A DNA stretch of 32,000 nucleotides from Mycolicibacterium smegmatis (GCF_001457595.1 NZ_LN831039.1:6810001-6842000), one strand, 5' to 3'. Positions 17,692 to 26,898 are shown, numbered from the stretch's first letter. Notes: generated by a model from the sequence alone, not told the origin. Numbers and translations: made by a program.

Positions 17692-18786
17692 TCACGTGCA
17701 GTAGAACGCCTCCGCCGCCTGCTCAAGCGGATCGCCGGTCTCGGGGTCCTGCGTCACCGTCACGGTCAGTGCGGGGCCGCCCTGCGGCGCGATCATCAGG
17801 GTGTGAAAGCCCGGGATGCCACCGCTGTGGCCCCACACCCGCACACCGCACGACAGGTCGATACTGCCCAGGCCGAGGCCGTACCGCTGTCCCTGCGAAT
17901 CGAGTTCGACGGTGTCCATCATGTCGGCCAGTTGGGCGGGAGGCACGACCCGCCCGGCCAGCAACGCGGATACGAAAACGGCCATGTCTTCGCCCGTGGA
18001 CACCAACGATCCCGACATCCCGGCGGCCGAGGCGTTGAAGTCCGTGACATCGGTGCGCACCCCGTGCTTGTTCTCGTAGCCGTGCGCGAACGGTTTGCGC
18101 AGGCCGGTGTCGTCGGGCGCTGGCCAGTAGGTGTCGCGCAACCCCAGCGGCACGATCACGCGCCGCGTCACCTCATCGGCGACGGGTGTCCCCGTGACCG
18201 CCTCGGCGATCAGGCCCGCGACGACGTAGTTGGTGTTGGTGTACACCGTCTTCTCGCCGGGGGCGAACCCGGCGGGCCGCGTCAACGCCATGTCCAGTAG
18301 TTGCTCGCCGGTGACCGGTTCGGTGGGCACGTCGGTGACGGAATCGAAATACTCCGGCAGCCCGCTCTGATGACGCAGCACCTGGCGCACCGTGATGGCC
18401 TCTGGGTCGATACCCTCGCCGCGGACCCGCCCGGGCAGGTACACCTCGATCGGCGCGTCGAGATCGATGCGGCCTTCGGCCACCAACTGCAGGATCATCG
18501 CGGCGACAAAGACTTTCGAGACGCTGCCGGCGCGCACGTGCGTGTTCGGTGTGAACTCCGCGCCGGTGGCGACGTCGGAGACACCCGCCCAGTGGCGACT
18601 GAGTGTGTGGCCGTCGTAGACGACGGCGATCGCCCCGGGAACGCCGTCGGCGGCCACCGCGTCGGAAAGCACCTGATCGAGCGACGACACGGGTGCGGCC
18701 CCGGCGACAGGGACTTCAAAGGGAGCGGCGGTCAGACCGACAAGCAGAGCGGCGGCCACGAGCGATGGCTTGTGCACCGGCCCCAT
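17692..18786 (-). CDS. Serine hydrolase, beta-lactamase class C / D-Ala-D-Ala carboxypeptidase-like, secreted
   Basis: 364 aa; signal peptide, SxxK motif (AGSVSKVFVA), YTNTNY motif, VWGHSGGIPGF. Confidence 0.92.
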   Translation of the reverse strand: MGPVHKPSLVAAALLVGLTAAPFEVPVAGAAPVSSLDQVLSDAVAADGVPGAIAVVYDGHTLSRHWAGVSDVATGAEFTPNTHVRAGSVSKVFVAAMILQLVAEGRIDLDAPIEVYLPGRVRGEGIDPEAITVRQVLRHQSGLPEYFDSVTDVPTEPVTGEQLLDMALTRPAGFAPGEKTVYTNTNYVVAGLIAEAVTGTPVADEVTRRVIVPLGLRDTYWPAPDDTGLRKPFAHGYENKHGVRTDVTDFNASAAGMSGSLVSTGEDMAVFVSALLAGRVVPPAQLADMMDTVELDSQGQRYGLGLGSIDLSCGVRVWGHSGGIPGFHTLMIAPQGGPALTVTVTQDPETGDPLEQAAEAFYCT

Positions 18787-18863
18787 GCTAGGGCCCGCGA
18801 TGAGTTTCGCCGCGCATTGCCGTCTGCATTGGTACGTGATCGCACCGATTCGAGGAGAGCGCC

Positions 18864-19463
18864 ATGACCGCCACGTACACGTTCGACGTCTTCACCAGCC
18901 TCGACGGCTTCGGCGGCGCGAGCAGTGAGTGGGGCGGCTACTGGGGCAAACAGGGCCCCGAACTGCTCGCGCGCCGCCTCGCCCTGTACCAAGCAGATCA
19001 GCGGATGGTGTTCGGCGCCAACACCTATCGCACGTTTGTGGAGTTGCTCGCCGCGGGTGACCAGGATCTGCTCGATCCGTGGGTCACCCGGATGCGCCAC
19101 CTGCCGGCGACCGTGGTGTCCTCGACACTGAAGGAGCCGCTGGAATGGCCGGACGCCACCGTCGCACACGGTGACGCCGTCGATGTCGTGGCCCGGCTCA
19201 AAGAGGAGTCGGCCGTGCCGCTGCGCTCACACGGCAGCCTGTCGATGAACCGCGCGCTGATGGCCGCAGGCCTGGTGGACTACCTGCAGGTGACGATCTT
19301 CCCCGTGGTCACCGGACAGACCGGCGACGATCCGATCCTGCGTGGCGCAGCCGATTTCGATCTCGAACTCATCGAGACCCGCACGCTGGACGGCCGCACC
19401 CAGGAACTCACCTACCGGCCGACGGTGCACTCACCGGTGGATCAGGCCTTGGCCTTGGGGTGA
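18864..19463 (+). CDS. Dihydrofolate reductase family (RibD C-terminal domain-like) protein
   Basis: 199 aa; YTFDVFTSLDGFGG, MVFGANTYRTF, LMAAGLVDYLQVTIFPVVTGQTG. Confidence 0.88.
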   Translation: MTATYTFDVFTSLDGFGGASSEWGGYWGKQGPELLARRLALYQADQRMVFGANTYRTFVELLAAGDQDLLDPWVTRMRHLPATVVSSTLKEPLEWPDATVAHGDAVDVVARLKEESAVPLRSHGSLSMNRALMAAGLVDYLQVTIFPVVTGQTGDDPILRGAADFDLELIETRTLDGRTQELTYRPTVHSPVDQALALG

Positions 19464-20254
19464 GCCGCGGCCATCTCAAGGATCCGCACGTAACCGGGCA
19501 ACTGCCAGGCCGCCCGTCCGATGAACAACCCCGTGACGTGATCGATGCCCAGCAGATCTTCGGCGTTGTCGGTGTTCACCGACCCACCGTAGAGCAATCC
19601 CATTGTGCGACACCCGTATTCGCGTGCCAGATCATCGAACGGCTGCCGCAGTTCCTCGACGGTCGCCGGGCGACCGTTCTCGCCGATCGCCCAGATGGGC
19701 TCGTAGGCAATGAGAACGCGGGCCAAATGCTCGTCGGTCAAACCCTCCAGGGCGCCTGCGGCCTGCTCGAGGATGAAGCGCGACGACTCACCGGCCTGCT
19801 TGGTCTCGGCGCTCTCGCCGATGCACAGCAGCGGCACCAGACCGTGATGCAGCGCCGCGGCCACCTTGAGCCGTGTGGTCTCGACGGTCTCACCGAAATG
19901 CTCACGACGCTCGGAGTGCCCGATCTCGACGATCTGCGCGCCTGCGTCCTTCGCCTGCGCGACGGAGACCTCACCGGTCCATGCGCCGTGGTCCTCCCAG
20001 TGTGCGTTCTGCACCCCGAGCAGCACGGGCGAGTCGTCGCCCAGCGCGTCCCGCACCGTGGTGAGTGCGGTGAACGACGGGATGATGAACGGCTGGACGC
20101 CGGCCGGCGGCTTCGCCGCGACGTACTCGGCCAGTTCGCGGGCGTAACCACGCGACTCGGCGAGCCCCTTGTTCATCTTCCAGCTGGTGCCGATCCACAG
20201 CTGTGCGGCGCCGAGCGCCCGAGCGTCAGGCACCCTCGTACGCGCAGATGTCAT
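19442..20254 (-). CDS. Triosephosphate-isomerase paralog (TpiA/EryH-like tetrulose-phosphate isomerase candidate)
   Basis: 270 aa; GTSWKMNK, EIGHSERREHFGE, AYEPIWAIG, LLYGGSVN; non-canonical GLFIGRAAW where GLLVGGASL is usual. Overlaps the convergent neighbour by 22 bp. Confidence 0.9.
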   Translation of the reverse strand: MTSARTRVPDARALGAAQLWIGTSWKMNKGLAESRGYARELAEYVAAKPPAGVQPFIIPSFTALTTVRDALGDDSPVLLGVQNAHWEDHGAWTGEVSVAQAKDAGAQIVEIGHSERREHFGETVETTRLKVAAALHHGLVPLLCIGESAETKQAGESSRFILEQAAGALEGLTDEHLARVLIAYEPIWAIGENGRPATVEELRQPFDDLAREYGCRTMGLLYGGSVNTDNAEDLLGIDHVTGLFIGRAAWQLPGYVRILEMAAAHPKAKA

Positions 20255-20684
20255 TGACCTTCGCGGCGGACGCCGATTGCGGATCGAACTCGAGGCCCAG
20301 CCACTCCTTCACCAGGGCGCGCGCCAGCTCGAGTCCCACGACGCGTTCGCCCATGCACAGCACCTGCGCATTGTTCGACAGGACGGACCGCTGCACGGAG
20401 TACACGTCGTGTGCCGTAACGGCGCGGATGCCCTTGACCTTGTTGGCCGCGATCGCGACACCGAGGCCGGTACCGCAGATCAGCAGAGCCCGGTCGGCCT
20501 CGCCGCGTGCGACCTTCTCGGCGGCAGCGACGGCGACGTTCGGATAGGAGGTGGTGTCGTCGACACCACCGACGCCGACGTCCTCGACGGACGCGACGCG
20601 GTCGTCGGCCTCGAGGTCCTTGCGCAGGGCTTCCTTGTAGTTGAATCCGGCGTTGTCGCCGCCGATGACGATCTTCAACGCCAT
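20226..20684 (-). CDS. RpiB/LacAB family sugar-phosphate isomerase (EryI-like candidate)
   Basis: 152 aa; KIVIGGDNAGFNYKEAL, LICGTGLGVAIAANKVKGIRAVTAHD, LSNNAQVLCMGERVVG. Confidence 0.92.
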   Translation of the reverse strand: MALKIVIGGDNAGFNYKEALRKDLEADDRVASVEDVGVGGVDDTTSYPNVAVAAAEKVARGEADRALLICGTGLGVAIAANKVKGIRAVTAHDVYSVQRSVLSNNAQVLCMGERVVGLELARALVKEWLGLEFDPQSASAAKVNDICAYEGA

Positions 20685-20728
20685 GGTGCTCTCCTTCTCC
20701 TCTGAGTTGTTGTGGTCGGTCGGGCCGC

Positions 20729-22444
20729 TCACCGGGTGAGGTGCTCGCCCAGCGCCTTCATCAGCATGGCGAAGGACAAGGCCCCGGGATCGGGCGTGCC
20801 GACGCTCTTCTCCCCGAGTACCCGCGCGCGGCCACGTCGAGCCGTGATGTCCGCAGTTTTTTCGGCGGCCTCGCGCGCCTCCCGGGCGGCGCTGGTGATC
20901 GCCGGTCCGGCCTGGGTGTCGAAGGCCTTCACCAGGGCATCGCGAAAGGGAACGGCGGCGTCGACCATCGTCTTGTCACCCGGCTGCGCGCCACCGAGGC
21001 GCAGGATGGCATCGATCCCGGCACAGATCGCGTCGACGGCGGCCTGTTCATCCGCGCCGTCGGTGTCGCTGAAGACGCCGCCGGCGCTGGTCAGCGCCGC
21101 GCCCCACAGCGCACCCGAGGTTCCGCCGGCCGCGTCGGCCCACGCCTGACCGGCCAACAGCAGCGTGGTCCGGGCGCCGGCGTTGCGGTCCACGGCGTCA
21201 CGCGCGGCCTGCGCGGCACCCCGCGAACCGAACGACATGCCCTGGCCGTGGTCACCGTCGCCGGCGACCGCGTCGATGCGGCCCAGCTCGGCCTCGTTGT
21301 CGGCGCACACCTGCTGGAAGGTCTCAAGAACGGCAACGATGTTGCGGGCACACTCGCGCGAGCCCTCACTCGCCTCCGGGATCGTGGTCTCCGCGGCGTC
21401 CCAGGTGGTGGTGCGTGGTGTGCGGTCGACGGCAGGCATCGCGCCGCGGCGGTAGGCGGGGGTCTCGACGGGTGCGGTCCACAGCCGTTCGAGTTCGTCG
21501 TCGAGGAACACCATGGTGAGCGACACACCGGCCATGTCGAGGCTGGTGACGAACTCTCCGACCTCCGGGCGCACAACGGTGAATCCTTGCTGCGCAAGGC
21601 GTTCGGCGATGCGGCCGTACACGACGAACAGCTCTTCGTACTTCACGGTGCCCAGGCCGTTGAGAATCACGGCCACCCGGCCGTCGTACCCGTTCTCACC
21701 GCGCGGCGGTTCCTCGGCGGTCACCTCGTCGAACAGCATGTCGGCGACCTCGGCCGCCGTGCCGAGGCGGTTGTCGCGGACGCCGGGTTCACCGTGGATG
21801 CCGAGTCCGACGCCCATCCAGCCTTTTTCGACGTGGAACAGCGGTTCGGTCGCGCCGGGCAGCGTGCAACCCTCGAAGGCCAGGCCGAACGAGCGGGTCG
21901 CGTCGTTGGCCTTCCACGCCACGCGCTCGGCCTCGTCGAGATCGGCACCGGCTTCGATCGCGGCACCGGCGATCTTGAACACCGGCAGGTCACCCGCGAC
22001 GCCGCGGCGGTCGCGGTGGTTCTCGGGGCTGTTGGAGGCGATGTCGTCACTGACGGTCACGATGCGCACGTCGATGCCCTCGTGCCGCAGCTTCTCGGCG
22101 GCCAGGCCGAAGTGCAGGACGTCACCGGCGTAGTTGCCGAACCCGAGGATGACGCCGCCGCCGTTCTCGGCGTTGCGCACCACCGAGTAGACCTCGGAGG
22201 CCGACGGCGAGGAGAAGATGTTGCCGCACGGCGCGCCGTGGCCCATGCCGGGGCCGACCCAGCCTGCGAAGGCCGGGTAGTGGCCCGAACCGCCGCCGAT
22301 CACCAGCGCGGGTTGTCCCTTCGGTGTCTCGGTGGACCGCACGACACCGCCGGGCACCTCGGTGAGCAGATCGGGGTTGGCGGCCACGAGACCGCGCACC
22401 GCCTCGTCGGCGAAGTCGTCCGGAGAGTTCAGGAGGTACGTCAT
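20729..22444 (-). CDS. Dihydroxyacetone kinase family protein (fused DhaK-DhaL; erythrulose kinase candidate)
   Basis: 571 aa; GGGSGHYPAFAGWVGPG, GNYAGDVLHF, GIHGEPG (covalent His), C-terminal DAVAGDGDHGQGM and AGGTSGALWG. Confidence 0.93.
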   Translation of the reverse strand: MTYLLNSPDDFADEAVRGLVAANPDLLTEVPGGVVRSTETPKGQPALVIGGGSGHYPAFAGWVGPGMGHGAPCGNIFSSPSASEVYSVVRNAENGGGVILGFGNYAGDVLHFGLAAEKLRHEGIDVRIVTVSDDIASNSPENHRDRRGVAGDLPVFKIAGAAIEAGADLDEAERVAWKANDATRSFGLAFEGCTLPGATEPLFHVEKGWMGVGLGIHGEPGVRDNRLGTAAEVADMLFDEVTAEEPPRGENGYDGRVAVILNGLGTVKYEELFVVYGRIAERLAQQGFTVVRPEVGEFVTSLDMAGVSLTMVFLDDELERLWTAPVETPAYRRGAMPAVDRTPRTTTWDAAETTIPEASEGSRECARNIVAVLETFQQVCADNEAELGRIDAVAGDGDHGQGMSFGSRGAAQAARDAVDRNAGARTTLLLAGQAWADAAGGTSGALWGAALTSAGGVFSDTDGADEQAAVDAICAGIDAILRLGGAQPGDKTMVDAAVPFRDALVKAFDTQAGPAITSAAREAREAAEKTADITARRGRARVLGEKSVGTPDPGALSFAMLMKALGEHLTR

Positions 22445-22516
22445 TGTTCCGTCCTTCTGGCAAATGGGACCGATCGGGGCGCAGCGGGCGCTGCGTGACT
22501 CGGTACGCGTGCCACG

Positions 22517-22528
22517 ATCCTATAGGAT
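22517..22528. promoter_or_regulatory. Candidate GntR-family operator ATCCTATAGGAT upstream of the kinase operon
   Basis: Perfect 12-bp palindrome in the gap between the regulator stop (22537) and kinase start (22444); near copy at 23448-23459. Confidence 0.6.
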
Positions 22529-22536
22529 TTGGGTCA

Positions 22537-23319
22537 CTAAGTCTGTACCCGGGCGGTCCAGGCGTGCTCGGCCCTGGCCTGTTCGGACAACGCGCGCCGC
22601 TTCACGCTGCTGATGTGCCCATGCATGATGCGGTACACCTCGGGCCCGTAACCACGGCGGAACGCCTCGAGCAGTTCCCGGTGCTCGGCGATCGCGAACT
22701 CGGAGTCCTGCACCCCCACCCCGATGAACAGCCGGAACCGCTGGCCGTGCCCACCGAGTGCGTCGTACACGCGCAGAAGTGCAGCGTTGCCTGCACGTTC
22801 GGCGATCAGCCGGTGGAACTGCTCGTCAGCGCGGTGGTAGCGCCTGATCGCGGCCGCGTCCGCGGTGTGCGGTGCGCGCTCCTGCTCGTCGACCGCTTGC
22901 GCCAGCGCATCGAGCCACTCGGGATCGGCGTGGTTGCACGCGAGTTCGGCCAGTTGGGGCTCGATGAGCAACCGGGCGTCCATGATGTCGGCGATCTCCT
23001 TGGCGTCCGGCATCTCCGGCACCCGGTATCCGCGCATGGCGACACGGACAACTAGACCCGTCGACTCCAGGCGGGCCAGCGCCTCACGCACCGGGGTCTG
23101 CGAAACACCCAGGTAGCGGGAGGTTCCGTCGATGCTGACGGGGTCGCCCGCCTTGAGCGTGCCGTTGAGCAACAGCTCCATCAGTCGCTCGTAGACCTGG
23201 TCGACGAGCGTGCTGCGCACCGGCCGCGCCTCGGAGTCCCGGCCTGGTTCCACGTCGGTGTCCGAATCGGTTCTCATGTCGGATCGCAGGCCTGCCCTCG
23301 CTTCGTTCTCCACACTCAC
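22537..23319 (-). CDS. GntR family transcriptional regulator (FCD/FadR-type C-terminal domain)
   Basis: 260 aa; LVDQVYERLMELLLNGTLKAGDPVSIDGTSRYLGVSQTPVREALARLESTGLV, DARLLIEPQLAELA. The ORF track extends to 23346. Confidence 0.92.
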   Translation of the reverse strand: MSVENEARAGLRSDMRTDSDTDVEPGRDSEARPVRSTLVDQVYERLMELLLNGTLKAGDPVSIDGTSRYLGVSQTPVREALARLESTGLVVRVAMRGYRVPEMPDAKEIADIMDARLLIEPQLAELACNHADPEWLDALAQAVDEQERAPHTADAAAIRRYHRADEQFHRLIAERAGNAALLRVYDALGGHGQRFRLFIGVGVQDSEFAIAEHRELLEAFRRGYGPEVYRIMHGHISSVKRRALSEQARAEHAWTARVQT

Positions 23320-23421
23320 GCCTCTTTCGCATCCGCGCGGTCCCATTGGCTGCCGAATGCGCCGGGCGCAAGTTTTGCGCCGTCAGACGTCGCTGAATCA
23401 GGAAGCGAAGTTTACCCGGCG

Positions 23422-23459
23422 TTGACATAACGGGGTCGTACCCCTATATCCTATGTGAT
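23422..23459 (+). promoter_or_regulatory. Sigma-A-like promoter overlapped by candidate GntR operator
   Basis: TTGACA (23422-23427), 17-nt spacer, TATATC (23445-23450); ATCCTATGTGAT at 23448-23459 matches 10/12 of the palindrome at 22517. Confidence 0.6.
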
Positions 23460-23501
23460 TTAGCGACGTATTTGTGACACAAACCACTTGGAGGACCAGG
23501 G

Positions 23502-24422
23502 ATGTACTCTGCTCACACCTGGCCGATCGCGGCGAACATGCTGGGATTCGGCAACCGAGCGCCCGACGGCGGCCACATCAAGGACGCCCCGGCCGGCGTG
23601 TGGGCGAAGCAACTGCGCCAGGTGCGTGAACTGGGCTTCGACCACATCGATCCCACCGACGCCTGGGTTCCCCTGGCGGCGTTGTCGGACAGCCGCATCG
23701 AGGAGTTCCGCACGGTCCTCGCCGACGAGGGCCTGGCGATCTCGTCGATCTCGATGACCCGCAGCTCGATCGTCGATGTCGAGAACGGCGAGAAGAACCT
23801 CGCCGACGCCCACCGGCTCATCGACCTCGCGCCCTCGTTCGGGGCGACCATCGTGAACACCGGCTTCATGCAGGCGCTCACCCCCGAGCAGGAAAAGCAG
23901 ATCTGGTTCTGGCTGGTACAGGGCCACGTCGACGACCCCGCCCTGCGCGACCTCGCGATCGAACGCGTCCGGGAACTCGGTGATCACGCCCGCACCAACG
24001 GGATTCAGCTGAGCCTCGAGATGTACGAGGACACCTACATCGGCACCCCGGATGACGCGGTGGCGTTCATCAAGGACGTCGACCACGACGCCGTGGGCCT
24101 CAACCCCGACCTGGGCAACCTGGTCCGGCTGCACCGGCCCATGCCCCACCCGTCCGAGATGTACGCGAAAGTGCTTCCGTACTCGAACTTCTGGCACATC
24201 AAGAACTACTCGCGCGATTTCGACCCGGCCACCGGCGCCTACAGCTCCGCGCCGCTGCCGTTGAAGTACGGCTACGTCAACTACCGCCAGATCATCCGTC
24301 TGGCACTCGAACTCGGCTACACCGGCCCGTTCTGCTGTGAGCATTACGGCTCCGATTCCCTCGGCGTGTGCGCCGAGAACCGCGAGTACATCCTGCAGGT
24401 TCTCACCTCCGCACTCGCCTGA
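23502..24422 (+). CDS. Sugar phosphate isomerase/epimerase-type TIM barrel (AP endonuclease family 2; EryC- or decarboxylase-like candidate)
   Basis: 306 aa; LRQVRELGFDHIDPTDAWV, LSLEMYEDTYIGTPDDAVAFIKDV, FWHIKNYSRD, GYTGPFCCEHYG. Confidence 0.88.
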   Translation: MYSAHTWPIAANMLGFGNRAPDGGHIKDAPAGVWAKQLRQVRELGFDHIDPTDAWVPLAALSDSRIEEFRTVLADEGLAISSISMTRSSIVDVENGEKNLADAHRLIDLAPSFGATIVNTGFMQALTPEQEKQIWFWLVQGHVDDPALRDLAIERVRELGDHARTNGIQLSLEMYEDTYIGTPDDAVAFIKDVDHDAVGLNPDLGNLVRLHRPMPHPSEMYAKVLPYSNFWHIKNYSRDFDPATGAYSSAPLPLKYGYVNYRQIIRLALELGYTGPFCCEHYGSDSLGVCAENREYILQVLTSALA

Positions 24423-24447
24423 TCCCACCACCTTCGAAGGACATCTC

Positions 24448-25410
24448 ATGCGCAAGATCAACACCGTCACAGTCGTCGGCGCCGGGTACATGGGCGGCGG
24501 CATCGCCCAGGTGCTGGCCCTCAACGGATTCAAGGTCCAGATCGCCGACGTCAACGACGAGGCCACCCAGGAGGCGCTCAAGCGCCTCGACCGGGAGGCA
24601 CGGGAATTCGAGCAGCAGGGCCTGTTCGGGCCCGGCAGCGCCGACACCATCATGAGCAACCTCACGGCCAGCGACAGCCTGGACGACGCCGTCTCCGACG
24701 TCGACTACGTGATGGAGGCCGTTTTCGAAGACGTCGACGTCAAGAAGGAAGTGCTGGCGCGCGTGTGTGCGAGCGCTCGCCCCGACACGATCATCGGCAC
24801 CAACACCTCCACCATCCCGGTCAAGGTGCTGGTCGACGCGGTAACCCACCCGGAGCGGTTCCTCACCGTGCACTTCTCCAACCCGGCACCGTTCATCCCC
24901 GGTGTGGAACTCGTCGCGGGCGAGGCCACGACCCAAGAGGTGATCGACTCCGTCAAGGACCTCCTGGCACGTGCCGGACGTGAGGGCGCCCAGGTGGCCG
25001 ACACCCCGGGTATGGCGCTGAACCGCCTGCAGTACGCGCTGCTCAAGGAGGCGACGCTGATCGTCGAAGAGGGCGTGGCCACCAAGGAGGACGTCGACAC
25101 CATCGTCCGCACCACGTTCGGCTTCCGGCTCGGGTTCTTCGGCCCGTTCGCCATCGCCGATCAGGCGGGGCTCGACGTGTACGTCAAGGGTTACCACACC
25201 CTGGAGAACGCATTCGGTGAGCGCATGGCCACCCCCAAGCTGCTCACGGACAACGTCGACGCCGGCCGTTACGGCACCAAGAACGGCAAGGGCTGGACCG
25301 GCGACTTCGACGACGAAACCAAGGCTGCGGTCATCGCATACCGCAACAAGGCCTACTCGCGCATGGGCGAACTGCTGCGCGAACTCGGACCGGCCCCCAA
25401 GGGCGCCTGA
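24448..25410 (+). CDS. 3-hydroxyacyl-CoA dehydrogenase-fold NAD-dependent dehydrogenase (probable polyol/aldonate dehydrogenase rather than fatty-acid enzyme)
   Basis: 320 aa; VTVVGAGYMGGGIAQVLALNGFKVQIADVN, IGTNTSTIPV, TVHFSNPAPFIPGVELVAG, context in a sugar-acid cluster. Confidence 0.88.
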   Translation: MRKINTVTVVGAGYMGGGIAQVLALNGFKVQIADVNDEATQEALKRLDREAREFEQQGLFGPGSADTIMSNLTASDSLDDAVSDVDYVMEAVFEDVDVKKEVLARVCASARPDTIIGTNTSTIPVKVLVDAVTHPERFLTVHFSNPAPFIPGVELVAGEATTQEVIDSVKDLLARAGREGAQVADTPGMALNRLQYALLKEATLIVEEGVATKEDVDTIVRTTFGFRLGFFGPFAIADQAGLDVYVKGYHTLENAFGERMATPKLLTDNVDAGRYGTKNGKGWTGDFDDETKAAVIAYRNKAYSRMGELLRELGPAPKGA

Positions 25411-25477
25411 CACCGCTCGACCGGCCGTCGCCTCCTGTGTCGGCCGCCTTCCCGCTCACCGAAACTGAAGGGTCCCC

Positions 25478-26878
25478 ATGGACGAGATAACCCTTGCGGA
25501 GCGGCCTGCCGCCCTGCTTGTCGTCATCGCGCTTGTCGCCATTGCGGTTCTGCTCTTCCTGATCATCAAGGTCAGGCTGCACGCGTTCTTCTCGTTGATC
25601 GTCGTCAGTGTGCTGACCGGCCTTGCGGCGGGCATCAGCATGGGCGATGTCATCAATGTCGTCATCGCCGGCTTCAGCAACACCGTCGGCAGCGTGGCGC
25701 TACTTGTCGGGTTCGGCGCCGTCCTCGGGCGACTGGTCGAGATGACCGGTGGCGCACAGGTTCTCGCCGACAAGATGCTCGACCGTTTCGGTGAGAAGAG
25801 GGCGCCGCTGGCACTTGCCGTGGCGTCGCTGTTCTACGCGTTCCCGATCTTCCTCGACGCCGGCTTCATCGTCATGCTGCCGATCATCTACACGGTGGCA
25901 CGGCGTCTGGGCGGATCGTTCATGCTGTACGTGCTGCCGTCCATCGGCGCGTTTCTGATGATGCATGCGCTGACCCCGCCGCACCCCGGTCCGACGGCCG
26001 CGGCCACGGTGATGGGCGCCGACGTGGGCATGGTGGTCATCGTCGCGCTACTGGTCGGCCTGCCGACCTGGTACCTCGCGGGCTACCGGCTCAGCCTCAT
26101 CATCGCCAAGCGCTACCCGAACATGCCGGTGCCGAACCTGCTCGGTGAACCCAAGGATTATCCGGAGGACGAGCGGCCCGGATTCTGGACCGTGATCCTG
26201 GTTCTGCTGCTTCCGTTGGTGCTGATCTTCTTCAACACGGTGTTCTCGACCCTCGAGGCCGATGGCGCGGTGACGAAAGACAATATCTTCTTCCAGCTTT
26301 CACGCCTGATCGGCACCACCTCGATCGCGCTGTTGATCAGCGTGCTGCTGGCCATGGTGCTGCTGTACATCCGGCCGCGCCGGCGCCGCAACGAACGGAT
26401 CGGCGGGCTACTGGAGGACCTCGTCGACGACGCGCTGGCACCGGTCTGCTCGATCATCCTGATCACCGGTGCGGGCGGGGCGTTCGGCCGCATCCTCACC
26501 GAGACCGGGATCGGCAAGACCCTCGCCGACGGCCTGGACGCCTTCGGGCTGCCGGTCATCCTCGCGGGCTTCCTCATCGCGATCGCCTTCCGCGTCGCGC
26601 AGGGGTCGGCCACGGTCGCGGCCACCACGGCGGGTTCGATCATGGCCCCGGCGGTCGCGGAGCTGAACCTGACCGGTGTCGCGCTGGCAGCAATCGTCGT
26701 CGCCATCGCCGCAGGCTCGATCACGTTCTCGCACGTGAACGATTCGGGGTTCTGGTTGGTCGGCCGCTTCTGCGGTTTCGACACGGTCACCACGTTGAAG
26801 ACGTGGACTGTGGTCGGCACAGCCATCGGGTTCATGTCGTTCGTGCTGGCCACGGCGGTCTACCTGGTCGCAAGCTGA
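25478..26878 (+). CDS. GntP-family gluconate/sugar-acid permease
   Basis: 466 aa; VLGRLVEMTGGAQVLADKMLDRFGEKRAPLALAVAS, MMHALTPPHPGPTAAA, FRVAQGSATVAATTAGSIMAP, HVNDSGFWLVGRF. Confidence 0.95.
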   Translation: MDEITLAERPAALLVVIALVAIAVLLFLIIKVRLHAFFSLIVVSVLTGLAAGISMGDVINVVIAGFSNTVGSVALLVGFGAVLGRLVEMTGGAQVLADKMLDRFGEKRAPLALAVASLFYAFPIFLDAGFIVMLPIIYTVARRLGGSFMLYVLPSIGAFLMMHALTPPHPGPTAAATVMGADVGMVVIVALLVGLPTWYLAGYRLSLIIAKRYPNMPVPNLLGEPKDYPEDERPGFWTVILVLLLPLVLIFFNTVFSTLEADGAVTKDNIFFQLSRLIGTTSIALLISVLLAMVLLYIRPRRRRNERIGGLLEDLVDDALAPVCSIILITGAGGAFGRILTETGIGKTLADGLDAFGLPVILAGFLIAIAFRVAQGSATVAATTAGSIMAPAVAELNLTGVALAAIVVAIAAGSITFSHVNDSGFWLVGRFCGFDTVTTLKTWTVVGTAIGFMSFVLATAVYLVAS

Positions 26879-26898
26879 TTCACCCCACGACCGGTCGG

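Noticed and set aside
20741-22498. 585 aa plus-strand ORF
   Set aside because: Exactly antisense to the DhaK-DhaL kinase.
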